Shown here piece after piece: positions 7,216-16,086 of a stretch of 37,074 nt of DNA (within the stretch, counting starts at the first letter, position 1; every line of letters starts with the position of its first letter). A program made the translations under genes and the position numbers. Origin of the DNA: a virus. Its lineage: Duplodnaviria > Caudoviricetes. The notes under the pieces are model-generated. The model was given only the letters and a program-made list of their open reading frames with translations, was not told where the DNA came from and made no database searches. The DNA lies in IMG/VR virus record IMGVR_UViG_3300016484_000315, positions 1-37,074 of that record; one strand, 5' to 3'.

Positions 7216-8349
7216 TTACGAGAGTTTACCGAGGGCCGCAGTCAAGTGACGCCCGATTTGCAACGCCGCCGGTCGCGGATCATCGTCCGAGACGAGCGTG
7301 GTGCCTGATGAGGTCGCAACCGTCAGACCTTTCGGCAGCGCGAGCTTCTGCTTCTTCAGCAGCTTCTCGGCCTTCGCCGGAGAGATCAGCGACGTTTCGA
7401 CCAGTTCCTGTTCAGCCAGACCGACTTGCAACAGCGCGTCCAGCGCCGAAGTCTCGTCTGCCCATTTGCGGATGGCGCGCTTAGGGACGAGCTTGTAACC
7501 CGGTACGGCTGCGCCTTCCTCAATGACTTGGTGCGCAAGGGCGCGGAGGTCCGCAATCCATTGCTCCAACAGCTCAGCATCCTTGAGGCTCTGGCCGATC
7601 TCGTCAAGGCTCAGGCTGTTGATGGCTGTGCGTAACGCGCGCTGCGCCGCCCCGGTCATCACGGGACAGATCGGCTTGGCGGCGCACCAGCGGCAATGAT
7701 CGCCCGCCGCCAGAGGCGCGTTTGGCTCCAGCGCGGCCCTGACGGCGGCGAACAGCTCGCGCTCGAAATCCAGGATGCGGCCCACGTCCGTGACCCAGCG
7801 TTTTGGCGAGTGCGGCGGCTGGACAATGATAAGCTCAATTTCCTTTGCGCCCGCGAACGCCCACGCCGCCTCCGGCGTCCGCATGGCTGCTGCGGCGTAG
7901 AACATGAGCTGCGCGTTCTCCTCGACGTCAACGGCGACGCCAGAGCCGAACTTCCAATCAAGGATGATGGCGCGGTCGCCGATCCGGCCCACGACGTCGG
8001 TCGAGCCAAACACGCCCGGCAGGCGGTCGCCAAAGCCGACGCGGACCTCGACGGCGTATTCCATCTGCTTGTCGGGGTCGATCTCGTTCAGCGCCTCCAG
8101 CGCCGGGCGCAGCTTGCGGTCAAGCAGGTCTTCGTCCAGCGTGATGTCGGCGTAGGACGCGCCGACGAACTCTTCCGGCGCGCGGTCGCCCAGAAGAATG
8201 TCCGCAATCGTGTTGTGCAACAGCGTGCCTTCATCGGCGTAAGAGCTGGACGGGCGCGGCGGCATCTGCCGCACCAGCCGGACAGAGCCGGGGCACGCAA
8301 TGACCCGTTTCGCCGTCGAACCACCTACAATGTCGGAATGATCTGCCAT
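7216..8349 (-). CDS. PD-(D/E)XK, Cas4-like exonuclease (DUF2800 family)
   Basis: CPGS, EGTLLH, FGSTD...ILDWKFG, NAQLMFYA, HCRWC...CP; ATG at 8349 with AAGGGG RBS. Confidence 0.88.
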   Translation of the reverse strand: MADHSDIVGGSTAKRVIACPGSVRLVRQMPPRPSSSYADEGTLLHNTIADILLGDRAPEEFVGASYADITLDEDLLDRKLRPALEALNEIDPDKQMEYAVEVRVGFGDRLPGVFGSTDVVGRIGDRAIILDWKFGSGVAVDVEENAQLMFYAAAAMRTPEAAWAFAGAKEIELIIVQPPHSPKRWVTDVGRILDFERELFAAVRAALEPNAPLAAGDHCRWCAAKPICPVMTGAAQRALRTAINSLSLDEIGQSLKDAELLEQWIADLRALAHQVIEEGAAVPGYKLVPKRAIRKWADETSALDALLQVGLAEQELVETSLISPAKAEKLLKKQKLALPKGLTVATSSGTTLVSDDDPRPAALQIGRHLTAALGKLS

Positions 8350-8381
8350 GCTCGCCCCTTCTTGGTGTTCCAATGCAAAGC

Positions 8382-8431
8382 ACCCTAACGTAAGGAAATC
8401 TGTTGTGCAACAGATTTTATAATGCTACGGT
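8382..8431. promoter_or_regulatory. divergent promoters with a central 22-bp palindrome
   Basis: Leftward TTGCAC-17-TAGGGT (8410-8382); rightward TTGTGC-17-TACGGT (8403-8431); palindrome aaatctgttg-tg-caacagattt at 8396-8417. Confidence 0.6.
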
Positions 8432-8438
8432 GATCTTT

Positions 8439-8933
8439 ATGAAAACACTTACACCCAATCAAGTAAGAGACCTCCTCACATACGACGCCGGTACGGGCGT
8501 GTTTGTTTGGAAGCCCCGCGCTGTGTGGCCTAACAACAGAGCGGGCAAATTGGCAGGGGCAGTGGGCAAGGATGGTTACGTTCGGATAAACATACAGCGC
8601 AAATCATATCTCGCGCACAGGTTGGCTTGGGCCTATGTGTACGGCAAGTGGCCTGAGCATTGGCTTGACCACATAAATCGCAACCGCGCCGACAACCGCA
8701 TAGTCAATTTGCGCGCAGCGTCCCCCGGTTCAAATGCACAAAACACACCCAGATATCGAAACAACAAATCCGGCTGTAAAGGCGTTTACGCGCACTCATG
8801 GGGCAAGTGGGAAGCGTATATAACTGTTAACCGTAAGCGCATGTATTTGGGCGTATACAAAAGTATAGACGACGCTAAAGCCGCACGTCAGAAAGCACAA
8901 AACGCGCTGTTTACGCACGCAGGTGACATGTGA
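8439..8933 (+). CDS. HNH homing endonuclease (HNH_3 plus AP2-like C-terminus)
   Basis: YLAHRLAWAYVYG, LDHINRNRADNRIVNLR, NKSGCKGV, YLGVY...AR; lower GC than its neighbours. Confidence 0.92.
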   Translation: MKTLTPNQVRDLLTYDAGTGVFVWKPRAVWPNNRAGKLAGAVGKDGYVRINIQRKSYLAHRLAWAYVYGKWPEHWLDHINRNRADNRIVNLRAASPGSNAQNTPRYRNNKSGCKGVYAHSWGKWEAYITVNRKRMYLGVYKSIDDAKAARQKAQNALFTHAGDM

Positions 8934-9211
8934 CCGTTCGCGAAAGTGAAATTGAAACGTATCTCGTGTGGGTGGTGGTCGGCCTCGGCGGGCGCACCTA
9001 CAAGTTCCGGTCCGTCACGCAGCGCGGCGTCGCAGATCGCGTCGTTTGCCTGCCGGACGGGACGACATGGTTCATCGAATTGAAAGCGCCCAAGGGGCGG
9101 CTGTCGCCGCTGCAACGGCTGTTCGCGGACCAGATGAAAGAGCTGGGGCAGCGATACGCTTGCCTGTGGACAAAGGAGCAGATTGACGAATGGGCGGGAA
9201 ACTTACGCTAA
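8930..9211 (+). CDS. VRR-NUC domain nuclease
   Basis: RESEIE, GVADR...FIELKAPKGRLSPLQ; GTGA overlap with the HNH stop. Confidence 0.88.
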   Translation: MTVRESEIETYLVWVVVGLGGRTYKFRSVTQRGVADRVVCLPDGTTWFIELKAPKGRLSPLQRLFADQMKELGQRYACLWTKEQIDEWAGNLR

Positions 9212-10536
9212 GGCCGTATCAGGAAGAGGCGGCGACGTTTCTGTTCGAGCATGACCGGGCGATGATCCTCGCGCCGGTCGGCGCAGGCAAAACGGCGATC
9301 ACGTTGACGGCGATGGCCGACATGATATGGCACGGCTACGCGAAACGCTGGCTCGTGCTGGCCCCGAAACGGGTATGCACAGACGTCTGGCCGCAAGAAG
9401 CCGCAAAATGGGCTCCGCGTCTGTCGCTGGCGTTGGCGGTCGGGACGCCTGCCGCGCGGCGTAAGGCGTTCGCCAGCGGGGCGCAAATCGTCGTGACCAA
9501 CTACGACAACCTGCAATCGCTGCCCGACGAGTTGGACTTTGACGGCGTGGTGTTTGACGAGCTGACGCGGCTCAAGAATCCGTCCGGCAAACGCTTCAAG
9601 GCGCTGCTCGACAAGATCGACACGTTCAAGTTTCGCTGGGGCTTGACTGGTTCGTTCACGTCCAACGGCCTCGAAGACGTCTTCGGCCAATGCAAGATCG
9701 TGGATCAGGGTTTGCTGGGGCGCTCCAAGGGCGCGTTTCTGCAAAAGTATTTCGTCTGCATCAACCGCGACTTTGGCGACTGGATGCCGCGTAAGGGCGC
9801 GCTGGGGCAGGTTATGGACGCGATCCGCCCGGCGACCTACGTTCTGGAGCCCGGCGTCTACGCCGACAAGCTGCCGCCGTTGCACGTCGTGGAGATGCCG
9901 TGCGACATGGCCGACCGCAAGCCTTACGACCGCATGAAGCGCGATTTCATGCTGACGATGGGCGACAGCGACGTCGTGGCGCTTAACGCCGCCGTGGTGA
10001 CGCAGAAACTTCAGCAGCTCGCCAGCGGGTTCGTGTACAGCACCGCCGTCACCGCCTCGGAGACGCCGGGGCGGTTCAACAAAGAGCAGACCGCCGTCTG
10101 GTTCAGCCCGCACAAGTTCGAGCTTTTGGACGAAATTCTGACCGAGAACCAGCGCGATAACACCATCGTCGTGTACAACTACAAGGAAGAGCTGGCCGAG
10201 CTTCAGCGCCGGTTCCCGCACGCCGCGACCATCGACCAGCCTAACGCCGTCGAGCGATGGAACGCCGGGAAAATCGAGCTTCTGCTGATCCACCCCAAGT
10301 CAGCGGGCCACGGCCTCAACCTCCAACACGGAGGCAATAAGATTATTTTCCTGTCGCTGCCGTGGTCGCTGGAATTGTTCGAGCAAACGGTCGGGCGTCT
10401 CCACAGAGGTGGACAGCAAAAAGATGTGTGGTGCTATCTGCTGATTTGTAATAAAACCATTGACGAACGGATATGGACCGCCTTGCGCGACAAGCGCGCC
10501 ATTTCAGACGTGGCGTTGGAGGAATTGAAAGGATGA
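9190..10536 (+). CDS. SNF2-like superfamily 2 helicase
   Basis: LRPYQ, GAGKT, VFDEL, GLTGS, SAGHGLNLQ, QTVGRLHRGGQ. Confidence 0.93.
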   Translation: MGGKLTLRPYQEEAATFLFEHDRAMILAPVGAGKTAITLTAMADMIWHGYAKRWLVLAPKRVCTDVWPQEAAKWAPRLSLALAVGTPAARRKAFASGAQIVVTNYDNLQSLPDELDFDGVVFDELTRLKNPSGKRFKALLDKIDTFKFRWGLTGSFTSNGLEDVFGQCKIVDQGLLGRSKGAFLQKYFVCINRDFGDWMPRKGALGQVMDAIRPATYVLEPGVYADKLPPLHVVEMPCDMADRKPYDRMKRDFMLTMGDSDVVALNAAVVTQKLQQLASGFVYSTAVTASETPGRFNKEQTAVWFSPHKFELLDEILTENQRDNTIVVYNYKEELAELQRRFPHAATIDQPNAVERWNAGKIELLLIHPKSAGHGLNLQHGGNKIIFLSLPWSLELFEQTVGRLHRGGQQKDVWCYLLICNKTIDERIWTALRDKRAISDVALEELKG

Positions 10537-10745
10537 TAAAGCATACCGAGACATTCAACTGGCGCGAGCTGAATGAGCGGCTGGCGCAGTTAACCGAGGA
10601 TGAGGTGCGCGAGCTGCTAGACACGGAGCTGAAAGTCGGTCGGCGCGCGTCGCTGATCGTTCGTCTGCATCAGCGGTTCACCACCCTGCGCGCGCATCGC
10701 GAGCGCAAGGAGATGCTGGACAAGCTTCAGCGTTCGCCGCAATAG
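10533..10745 (+). CDS. small hypothetical protein
   Basis: ATGA overlap with the helicase stop; helical and charged; last gene of the + block. Confidence 0.7.
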   Translation: MIKHTETFNWRELNERLAQLTEDEVRELLDTELKVGRRASLIVRLHQRFTTLRAHRERKEMLDKLQRSPQ

Positions 10746-10924
10746 CCCATGCGGCGGGCGTTGTTGAGCCTGTTGCCGTCGATGGTCTCGCGGGTGTCCT
10801 TGACTGAGTAGGGCGTCACCGGCCAGACGGCGCAGGCGTTACTGGCAGTCCCGGCAGAATTTCTTGTCCAGCTCGCGCAGCCGGTCAGGGTCAGTGCGAG
10901 CGTCATCACCAGAACGAACCGCAT
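10727..10924 (-). CDS. o-spanin (Rz1-like lipoprotein)
   Basis: Signal peptide with lipobox LTGC; overlaps the 3' end of the i-spanin gene; downstream of the endolysin. Confidence 0.8.
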   Translation of the reverse strand: MRFVLVMTLALTLTGCASWTRNSAGTASNACAVWPVTPYSVKDTRETIDGNRLNNARRMGYCGER

Positions 10925-11081
10925 TTCTGACCCTTTCCGATTCTTCCAGAGCTATGATGCGCCGCTCGTAAGAGCGCCCTTCGATATAGCCGTAGATATA
11001 GGCCCCATACCATACCGCGACGGCGACGACGCCAGCGGCGGCCCAGCGCCCCAGCGGCGACAAGAGAAACGCCGGGATCAT
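10839..11081 (-). CDS. i-spanin (Rz-like)
   Basis: ATG at 11081 coupled to the endolysin stop; N-terminal TM helix, helical periplasmic part, C-terminal CRDC. Confidence 0.75.
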   Translation of the reverse strand: MIPAFLLSPLGRWAAAGVVAVAVWYGAYIYGYIEGRSYERRIIALEESERVRNAVRSGDDARTDPDRLRELDKKFCRDCQ

Positions 11082-11731
11082 TCGCCCATGTCCTTGACCC
11101 AGCGTTCTATGCGCTCGCGCATGATCCACGCCGCCGCCGCGATGATGATCGCGAACAGGACGAGCGCGACGATCTGGGCTTTGCCGTCGAGGACGCCGAG
11201 CGCGCCTGCCGCGCCGCCTGCGCCGGACAAAAGCTGCACGGCGGACGCCTGCACGGTCGTGCTGTGCGAAACGTAGGGCTTGGCCTGCTCGTTGTTGAGC
11301 CAGCGGGCGACGTTGAAGCCGGGGCACGCCTTGGCGGCGACCTCGTTGTGACCGCGAATGCGCTTGATGTCGGTGCGGCCCTCGATCTCTTTGATGAGCT
11401 TGCGCAGCGCCTCGTCCTGCGCGGGCGTGAAGCTCTTCAGGAACTCGCCGTTCTCGCTGGAGCCGTGGCCGCCGATCAGACAGATGCCGATGGAGCCCTT
11501 GTTGTAGTTGGCGACGTGCGCGCCGACCTTTGACTCGGGCCGACCGGCGGCAACGCTCCCGTCGCGGTCAATGACCCAGTGATAGCCAATCGTCTCCCAG
11601 CCCTTGACCTTGTGCCAACGGGTGATCTCGGCCACCTTGTCCGCGAGCGGCGAACCGCCCAACCATTCGGGCCGCGTCGCGGAGCAATGGATGAAGATGG
11701 TGTCGACGGGCCTGTCGCCGTGCATGATCAT
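11078..11731 (-). CDS. endolysin, N-acetylmuramoyl-L-alanine amidase (Amidase_2, T7-lysozyme-like) with a C-terminal membrane segment
   Basis: IFIHCSAT, IGYHWVI, GAHV, SIGICLIGG, GHNEV...KACPGF; hydrophobic C-terminus. Confidence 0.92.
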   Translation of the reverse strand: MIMHGDRPVDTIFIHCSATRPEWLGGSPLADKVAEITRWHKVKGWETIGYHWVIDRDGSVAAGRPESKVGAHVANYNKGSIGICLIGGHGSSENGEFLKSFTPAQDEALRKLIKEIEGRTDIKRIRGHNEVAAKACPGFNVARWLNNEQAKPYVSHSTTVQASAVQLLSGAGGAAGALGVLDGKAQIVALVLFAIIIAAAAWIMRERIERWVKDMGE

Positions 11732-11973
11732 TTGTCGGCCTTTCCGTCTAGTTTATCGTAAATGCGCTGGAACATATCTTCTATGTGGCGCATTGTTTTG
11801 TTAAAGTCGTCCTTGGTGACGTAGCTTTTGGGCAGATCGACTTCCAGCGAGTGCAGGTCGCGCTTGAGACGCTCCATAGCGTCCCAAAGCTGCCGTGCAA
11901 ACCAACCGATCCCTGTCAAAATCACGCCGCCGCCGACGTTAATCATGGTCTGCACGTCCATTCCCATTCCCAT
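11728..11973 (-). CDS. putative holin or antiholin-like membrane protein
   Basis: One N-terminal TM segment plus coiled coil, directly upstream of the endolysin; three possible starts (11973, 11967, 11961). Confidence 0.55.
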   Translation of the reverse strand: MGMGMDVQTMINVGGGVILTGIGWFARQLWDAMERLKRDLHSLEVDLPKSYVTKDDFNKTMRHIEDMFQRIYDKLDGKADK

Positions 11974-11982
11974 TCCAGCAGT

Positions 11983-13974
11983 CTAACGAGCCATAGCGTT
12001 TTGGTTTTCCTGACGGCTAAGCGCATTTATCGTTAAAGCAGGAATTTGCGACGCGCCAAAGGTACCAGACCGCATTGTCTGCGGAGCGGTTAATTTGAAC
12101 CGCTCAAATTTAGCTTGCCGCGCCAAAGACCTCTCCAGCGCGGCCGCCGCCGTCTGCGGGTTCAACGCCTCCAAAGCCAAATCCATAGCCAATTTCTTAT
12201 CCAATTGGCCCTGAAGCTTGTTAATAATGCGGTTAGCAAGCGCAATTGTTTGGTTGAGTGGGTTCGGCAAGCTTTCGCCCGCGCCCATTTCCTTGGCAAT
12301 CTTTGTGACGTCCACGGTTGCGTCGCGCCCGCGCTGGACCAGCTCGCGGAGCTTGGCGTCGCGCGCAAGATCGAGCCGAACGGCGTCAATCATCTGGAGC
12401 TGTTCCGGCGGATAAAGGTCCTCCAGCCGCTTGTACCTCGGCATATCCGTGACAGCACGCCGCAACGCCGCAGGCGCGTCACGTTCCGAAGTCAGCGCCT
12501 TGACAGCGCCCGCAAACGCGCCGGGGCGTTCCGCTTCATCCATGAGCGGTGACTCAAGTTTTTCTTTGAGGAAGACAAAGCCTTCCCGCTGATTGATCGG
12601 GGTGCTCTTTTCGCGGAAGACGTCCTGCGCTTTTCTAAGGTTAGGTATCCCCTCAACGAGCGCGTCACGGACCTGCATGAGCTGGTCCTTAATATACTTG
12701 TTGTCCTGTTTGCTAATCGACGTTTTAAGGTCGTCTATAATGGAGGACACTTGTTTGGCGTCCGTGCGCAACATTGGAGCGCCGTCAGCGTCGTAAGTGA
12801 ACATATTCCTATTAATAGCGCGCAGCTCTCGCATCAACGCGCGGTTGCCGGGATTTTCGGCCATTAATGTTTCGACAATCTGCCGCGCGGGCTCGACGTC
12901 TGCCACATTGGTAGGGGCTTTGGCGGCCTGATAGAAAGGTTCCGCCGCCTCCTTGCGGGCTTGCACCAGCGCCGTCCGTTCTTCCGGCGTACCTGCACCT
13001 CTCGCCAGCATTTCGCCGCGCGCTGCACGCTGCGCAAGCGCCATCTCATACGATTGCGCAGGGGCCAAGCGCGCCGCTTGCTCCATTGTCGCAGTGTAAG
13101 CGGGGGCATTTGCCCCGACCGAAGCTTGCGCTGCGGTCAAGGGCGCACCGGTTTCCGAAACTGGCGCGGCGCGCAGTGCTTCAATGATTTGCGGCCCGCG
13201 CCCTTCGGCGGCCTGAACGCGAAGCGCAGCAGCAGGATCAGAAATCATGCCGAAACGATTAACCAGCGCATTTGCGCCGCGAACGCCAAGATTTCCGATT
13301 CCAACTGCTGCGGGCACGACCGCGCCCGACGCCAGACCTGCCGCCGTCAGAGCCAGCGGATTGCTAATGTCTGTGTATTCGGCCAGAGCCGCCGGGACCG
13401 CCCCGCCGACGCCGCCCGCCGCCGCCTGCATTCCGACTTGTTCGCCCATGACGTTGGCGACGCCGCGCGACACGGGGGACTGCAAGATGGGAGCAAGCGC
13501 GCGAGCGCCAGCCGCGCCGCCAGCCGCACCGACCGCGCCGCCGACCAAAGCTTCGGTAACGGGAGCCGCGCCAGCTTTGCCGATCCCCAACGCTTCCGCC
13601 CCGGCCTGAATGGCCTGCGAGGGCGTGACCTTCGGCGCGTACCCAAGCTGCTGCGCCAAAGCGTTGTACCCAGCGACCGCCAAATCAGACAGAGTAAGCG
13701 CCGCCGCGCCCATACTCGCGCCGATAGCCGCGCCCGGAATAGCGCCGACGCCGCCGGCCAAAGAGCCGACGCCCGCTCCAAGCGCCGCGCCGGTCGCCAT
13801 CGCCGCCGCTGTGGGGGACGCGCCGCGCGCCGCGCCTTGCGCATACGGCAAGGCTTGGGCCATCAGACCAGGCTCGCCTGCGTCGTCCCACTGAACCTTG
13901 GACGGATCAATTGCAGGCGGTTTCGCAGCAAGCGGCGCGGCGTCCCATTCAACTTTAGACGGGTCAATCGGCAT
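11983..13974 (-). CDS. internal virion / DNA ejection protein (P22 gp16 position)
   Basis: 663 aa, Gly/Ala-rich hydrophobic N-terminal half, third of three consecutive helical genes after the tail genes. Confidence 0.7.
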   Translation of the reverse strand: MPIDPSKVEWDAAPLAAKPPAIDPSKVQWDDAGEPGLMAQALPYAQGAARGASPTAAAMATGAALGAGVGSLAGGVGAIPGAAIGASMGAAALTLSDLAVAGYNALAQQLGYAPKVTPSQAIQAGAEALGIGKAGAAPVTEALVGGAVGAAGGAAGARALAPILQSPVSRGVANVMGEQVGMQAAAGGVGGAVPAALAEYTDISNPLALTAAGLASGAVVPAAVGIGNLGVRGANALVNRFGMISDPAAALRVQAAEGRGPQIIEALRAAPVSETGAPLTAAQASVGANAPAYTATMEQAARLAPAQSYEMALAQRAARGEMLARGAGTPEERTALVQARKEAAEPFYQAAKAPTNVADVEPARQIVETLMAENPGNRALMRELRAINRNMFTYDADGAPMLRTDAKQVSSIIDDLKTSISKQDNKYIKDQLMQVRDALVEGIPNLRKAQDVFREKSTPINQREGFVFLKEKLESPLMDEAERPGAFAGAVKALTSERDAPAALRRAVTDMPRYKRLEDLYPPEQLQMIDAVRLDLARDAKLRELVQRGRDATVDVTKIAKEMGAGESLPNPLNQTIALANRIINKLQGQLDKKLAMDLALEALNPQTAAAALERSLARQAKFERFKLTAPQTMRSGTFGASQIPALTINALSRQENQNAMAR

Positions 13975-15373
13975 ATTCGGTCGTCCCGTCGCTGTATTGG
14001 ACTACGCGGCGTCCATTATAAACACCAGTCCGTTGAACAACTCTTTCAGCGCCTTGCGAACCGCCTTTGGCGGATCTTTTTTCGCCAGCAATCTCAATAG
14101 GTTTGCCAGAGGCCGTTGATTGAAGATTGTTGCGAAGCTGTTTCAACGCCGCAAGACGTTTATCGGCAGGCGTGTTGGGGTCGGCAATCTTGGCAAGCGT
14201 TCCTTTAACAAGATCAACGTCCGAGTTGGAAATGCCTGCGCCCAATTTGCCGTTCAGCAAGTCAAGCGTAATCTGTCCAGCAATCGTTTCCAATTGCCCG
14301 ATTTTCTTCATGCCGGACGTAGACGAACCAGTAATATCGCCGACTTTCTCGGCCCCGTATCGTTCCAGCGCACCAGACGTAGAGCCCATGATAAGCCTGT
14401 CCAGCGAAGGGTCGGAAATAGCCTTAAGGACTTGTTCTGCCCCGCGTCTGCGATCTTCCGCAGCTACGTTAAGTTCAGCCGTTTTGCGAGCGGTTGTTTT
14501 TGCACCTTCTTGAGCAGCCTCGGCCTGACGCTCTTCTTCTTTACGCCGCGCCGTAACAACGGACAACGGCAGTGATTGACCGGACTGCGAATCCGCCGTG
14601 ATTGCGGGCATAACGCCGCCAAGGCTGCCGTAAGTCGGAACAACAGGGGCAGCGCCAGCCGTCGGAACGGCAGGCGCGCGGCCAACAGGAATACCGCCGC
14701 TAGGCGCAGGCATAGGAGCAGCGGGAATAACGCGCGGCTCAATAAGAGCGTAAGGGTCGGTAGGTGAGCGAAACGCTTTTCCAGCGCCTGTATCGACAAG
14801 CTCCGGCTTCTGCGGCGCGTACCGTTGCTGAAGCTGTTCCAGCGTAAAGATGCCGTTGCGCGCTGCCTCCGGGCTAAATTCGGGGCTGAACTGGTCGGCG
14901 ATGCTGGGCGTGTGTTCCTTAATCTTGGCGTAAAGGTTCCGATAAGCTATTTTGGCCTGCTCTGGATTGGTTTCGCTCAAAGCCAAAATCTGCGCGAGCA
15001 TTCCGCGCGCATTGTTGGCCTCTTTGTTAATCAGGCCCAGCTCTTTTTCCTTGATGTCAAGCTTCGTGGATTGACCTGTCAGCCGGTAAGCTTCCGTCTG
15101 CGCCGCGCGCGCGGCAGACTGATCCTGCGCCTCTTTGACTTTCAGCGCCAACTCCAGACCGCCGACGCCCGCGATTTTGTTTACGGACTGCGGGTCGCTC
15201 AAATTGACGCCAGACTGCAACAGACTGCGCAAAGCGTTCTGCGTTTCAAAGTCCTGTTGAAGCCGCTGTTGCGCCAGCATGTTGGTGCGCATCTGCTGCG
15301 CCTGCGCAGCCATGCCAAGCAGATTAGGGGCTTGAAACGGCGTGATTTGCGCCCCGAGGGAATAGTCAACCAT
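13964..15373 (-). CDS. internal virion / DNA ejection protein (P22 gp20 position)
   Basis: 469 aa, Gln/Ala-rich helical protein; synteny. Confidence 0.68.
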   Translation of the reverse strand: MVDYSLGAQITPFQAPNLLGMAAQAQQMRTNMLAQQRLQQDFETQNALRSLLQSGVNLSDPQSVNKIAGVGGLELALKVKEAQDQSAARAAQTEAYRLTGQSTKLDIKEKELGLINKEANNARGMLAQILALSETNPEQAKIAYRNLYAKIKEHTPSIADQFSPEFSPEAARNGIFTLEQLQQRYAPQKPELVDTGAGKAFRSPTDPYALIEPRVIPAAPMPAPSGGIPVGRAPAVPTAGAAPVVPTYGSLGGVMPAITADSQSGQSLPLSVVTARRKEEERQAEAAQEGAKTTARKTAELNVAAEDRRRGAEQVLKAISDPSLDRLIMGSTSGALERYGAEKVGDITGSSTSGMKKIGQLETIAGQITLDLLNGKLGAGISNSDVDLVKGTLAKIADPNTPADKRLAALKQLRNNLQSTASGKPIEIAGEKRSAKGGSQGAERVVQRTGVYNGRRVVQYSDGTTEYAD

Positions 15374-16086
15374 CAGTAAAGGCCCCCAAGGTTTGGTGCG
15401 GACATGGCGTTAGGGGCGGTCAGGGCGCTCAAATACTGCTGCTGCATGTACAAGTTAGCGCCTTGGTTCAGCGCGCCAGTCAGGGCGTTAACACCGCCCG
15501 TGTAGCCGGAAGCGCGGGCCTGCCCGAGGTTGCCGTAGCCCTGCATCAAGTTCTGGCCGGTCTGGCCCGCCGCCTGCGTCAGCATGTTCGTGGACGACTG
15601 CCCCGCGCCCATCAAGGACTGAAGCGGGTTGAGCCGCGCCATGCGCTCCGTCTGATAGCGGTTGAAAGCGTTCATGAACTCTTGCGAGCCCGCCTCCTGC
15701 CCATAGCGGACGAGCGCCTTGCCGGTGCCGCCCGACAGCAGGCCGCCGCGCGCCGCCGCCGACCGCTCCAGCGCCTTCTGGCCCTCGCTCAGACGAAAAG
15801 CGTAGCCGGGGTCGGCCTGAAACTGATCCATGCCGAACGGCTTGGCAAGCGAGCCATACTCAGCGGAATTGACGTCGCCGCCCTTGAGGCCGAGCAGGGT
15901 CAAGAGCTGGTTCTGTGAGGTAATGCCCGCCTGCCGGAACGGCTCCTGAAGCTCCACCTGCTTGTTGAACATCTGGTTCTGGGCGTCAATGCCCTGCTGC
16001 GCGGCTTTAGCCTGCGTTTGCGAGGCTTTCATAGCGCCAAACGCGCCCAGCGCGCCCGCGCCCAGAATTGCGGCTGTCAACGCCAT
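15373..16086 (-). CDS. DNA transfer / ejection protein (P22 gp7-like)
   Basis: Hydrophobic Gly/Ala N-terminus; DPGYAFRLSEGQKALERSAAARGGLLSG motif typical of this family. Confidence 0.8.
   Translation of the reverse strand: MALTAAILGAGALGAFGAMKASQTQAKAAQQGIDAQNQMFNKQVELQEPFRQAGITSQNQLLTLLGLKGGDVNSAEYGSLAKPFGMDQFQADPGYAFRLSEGQKALERSAAARGGLLSGGTGKALVRYGQEAGSQEFMNAFNRYQTERMARLNPLQSLMGAGQSSTNMLTQAAGQTGQNLMQGYGNLGQARASGYTGGVNALTGALNQGANLYMQQQYLSALTAPNAMSAPNLGGLY

Noticed and set aside
8403-8933. Possible group I intron around either HNH gene
   Set aside because: Both HNHs are intergenic with almost no flanking sequence for a ribozyme core, and the neighbouring genes are intact.
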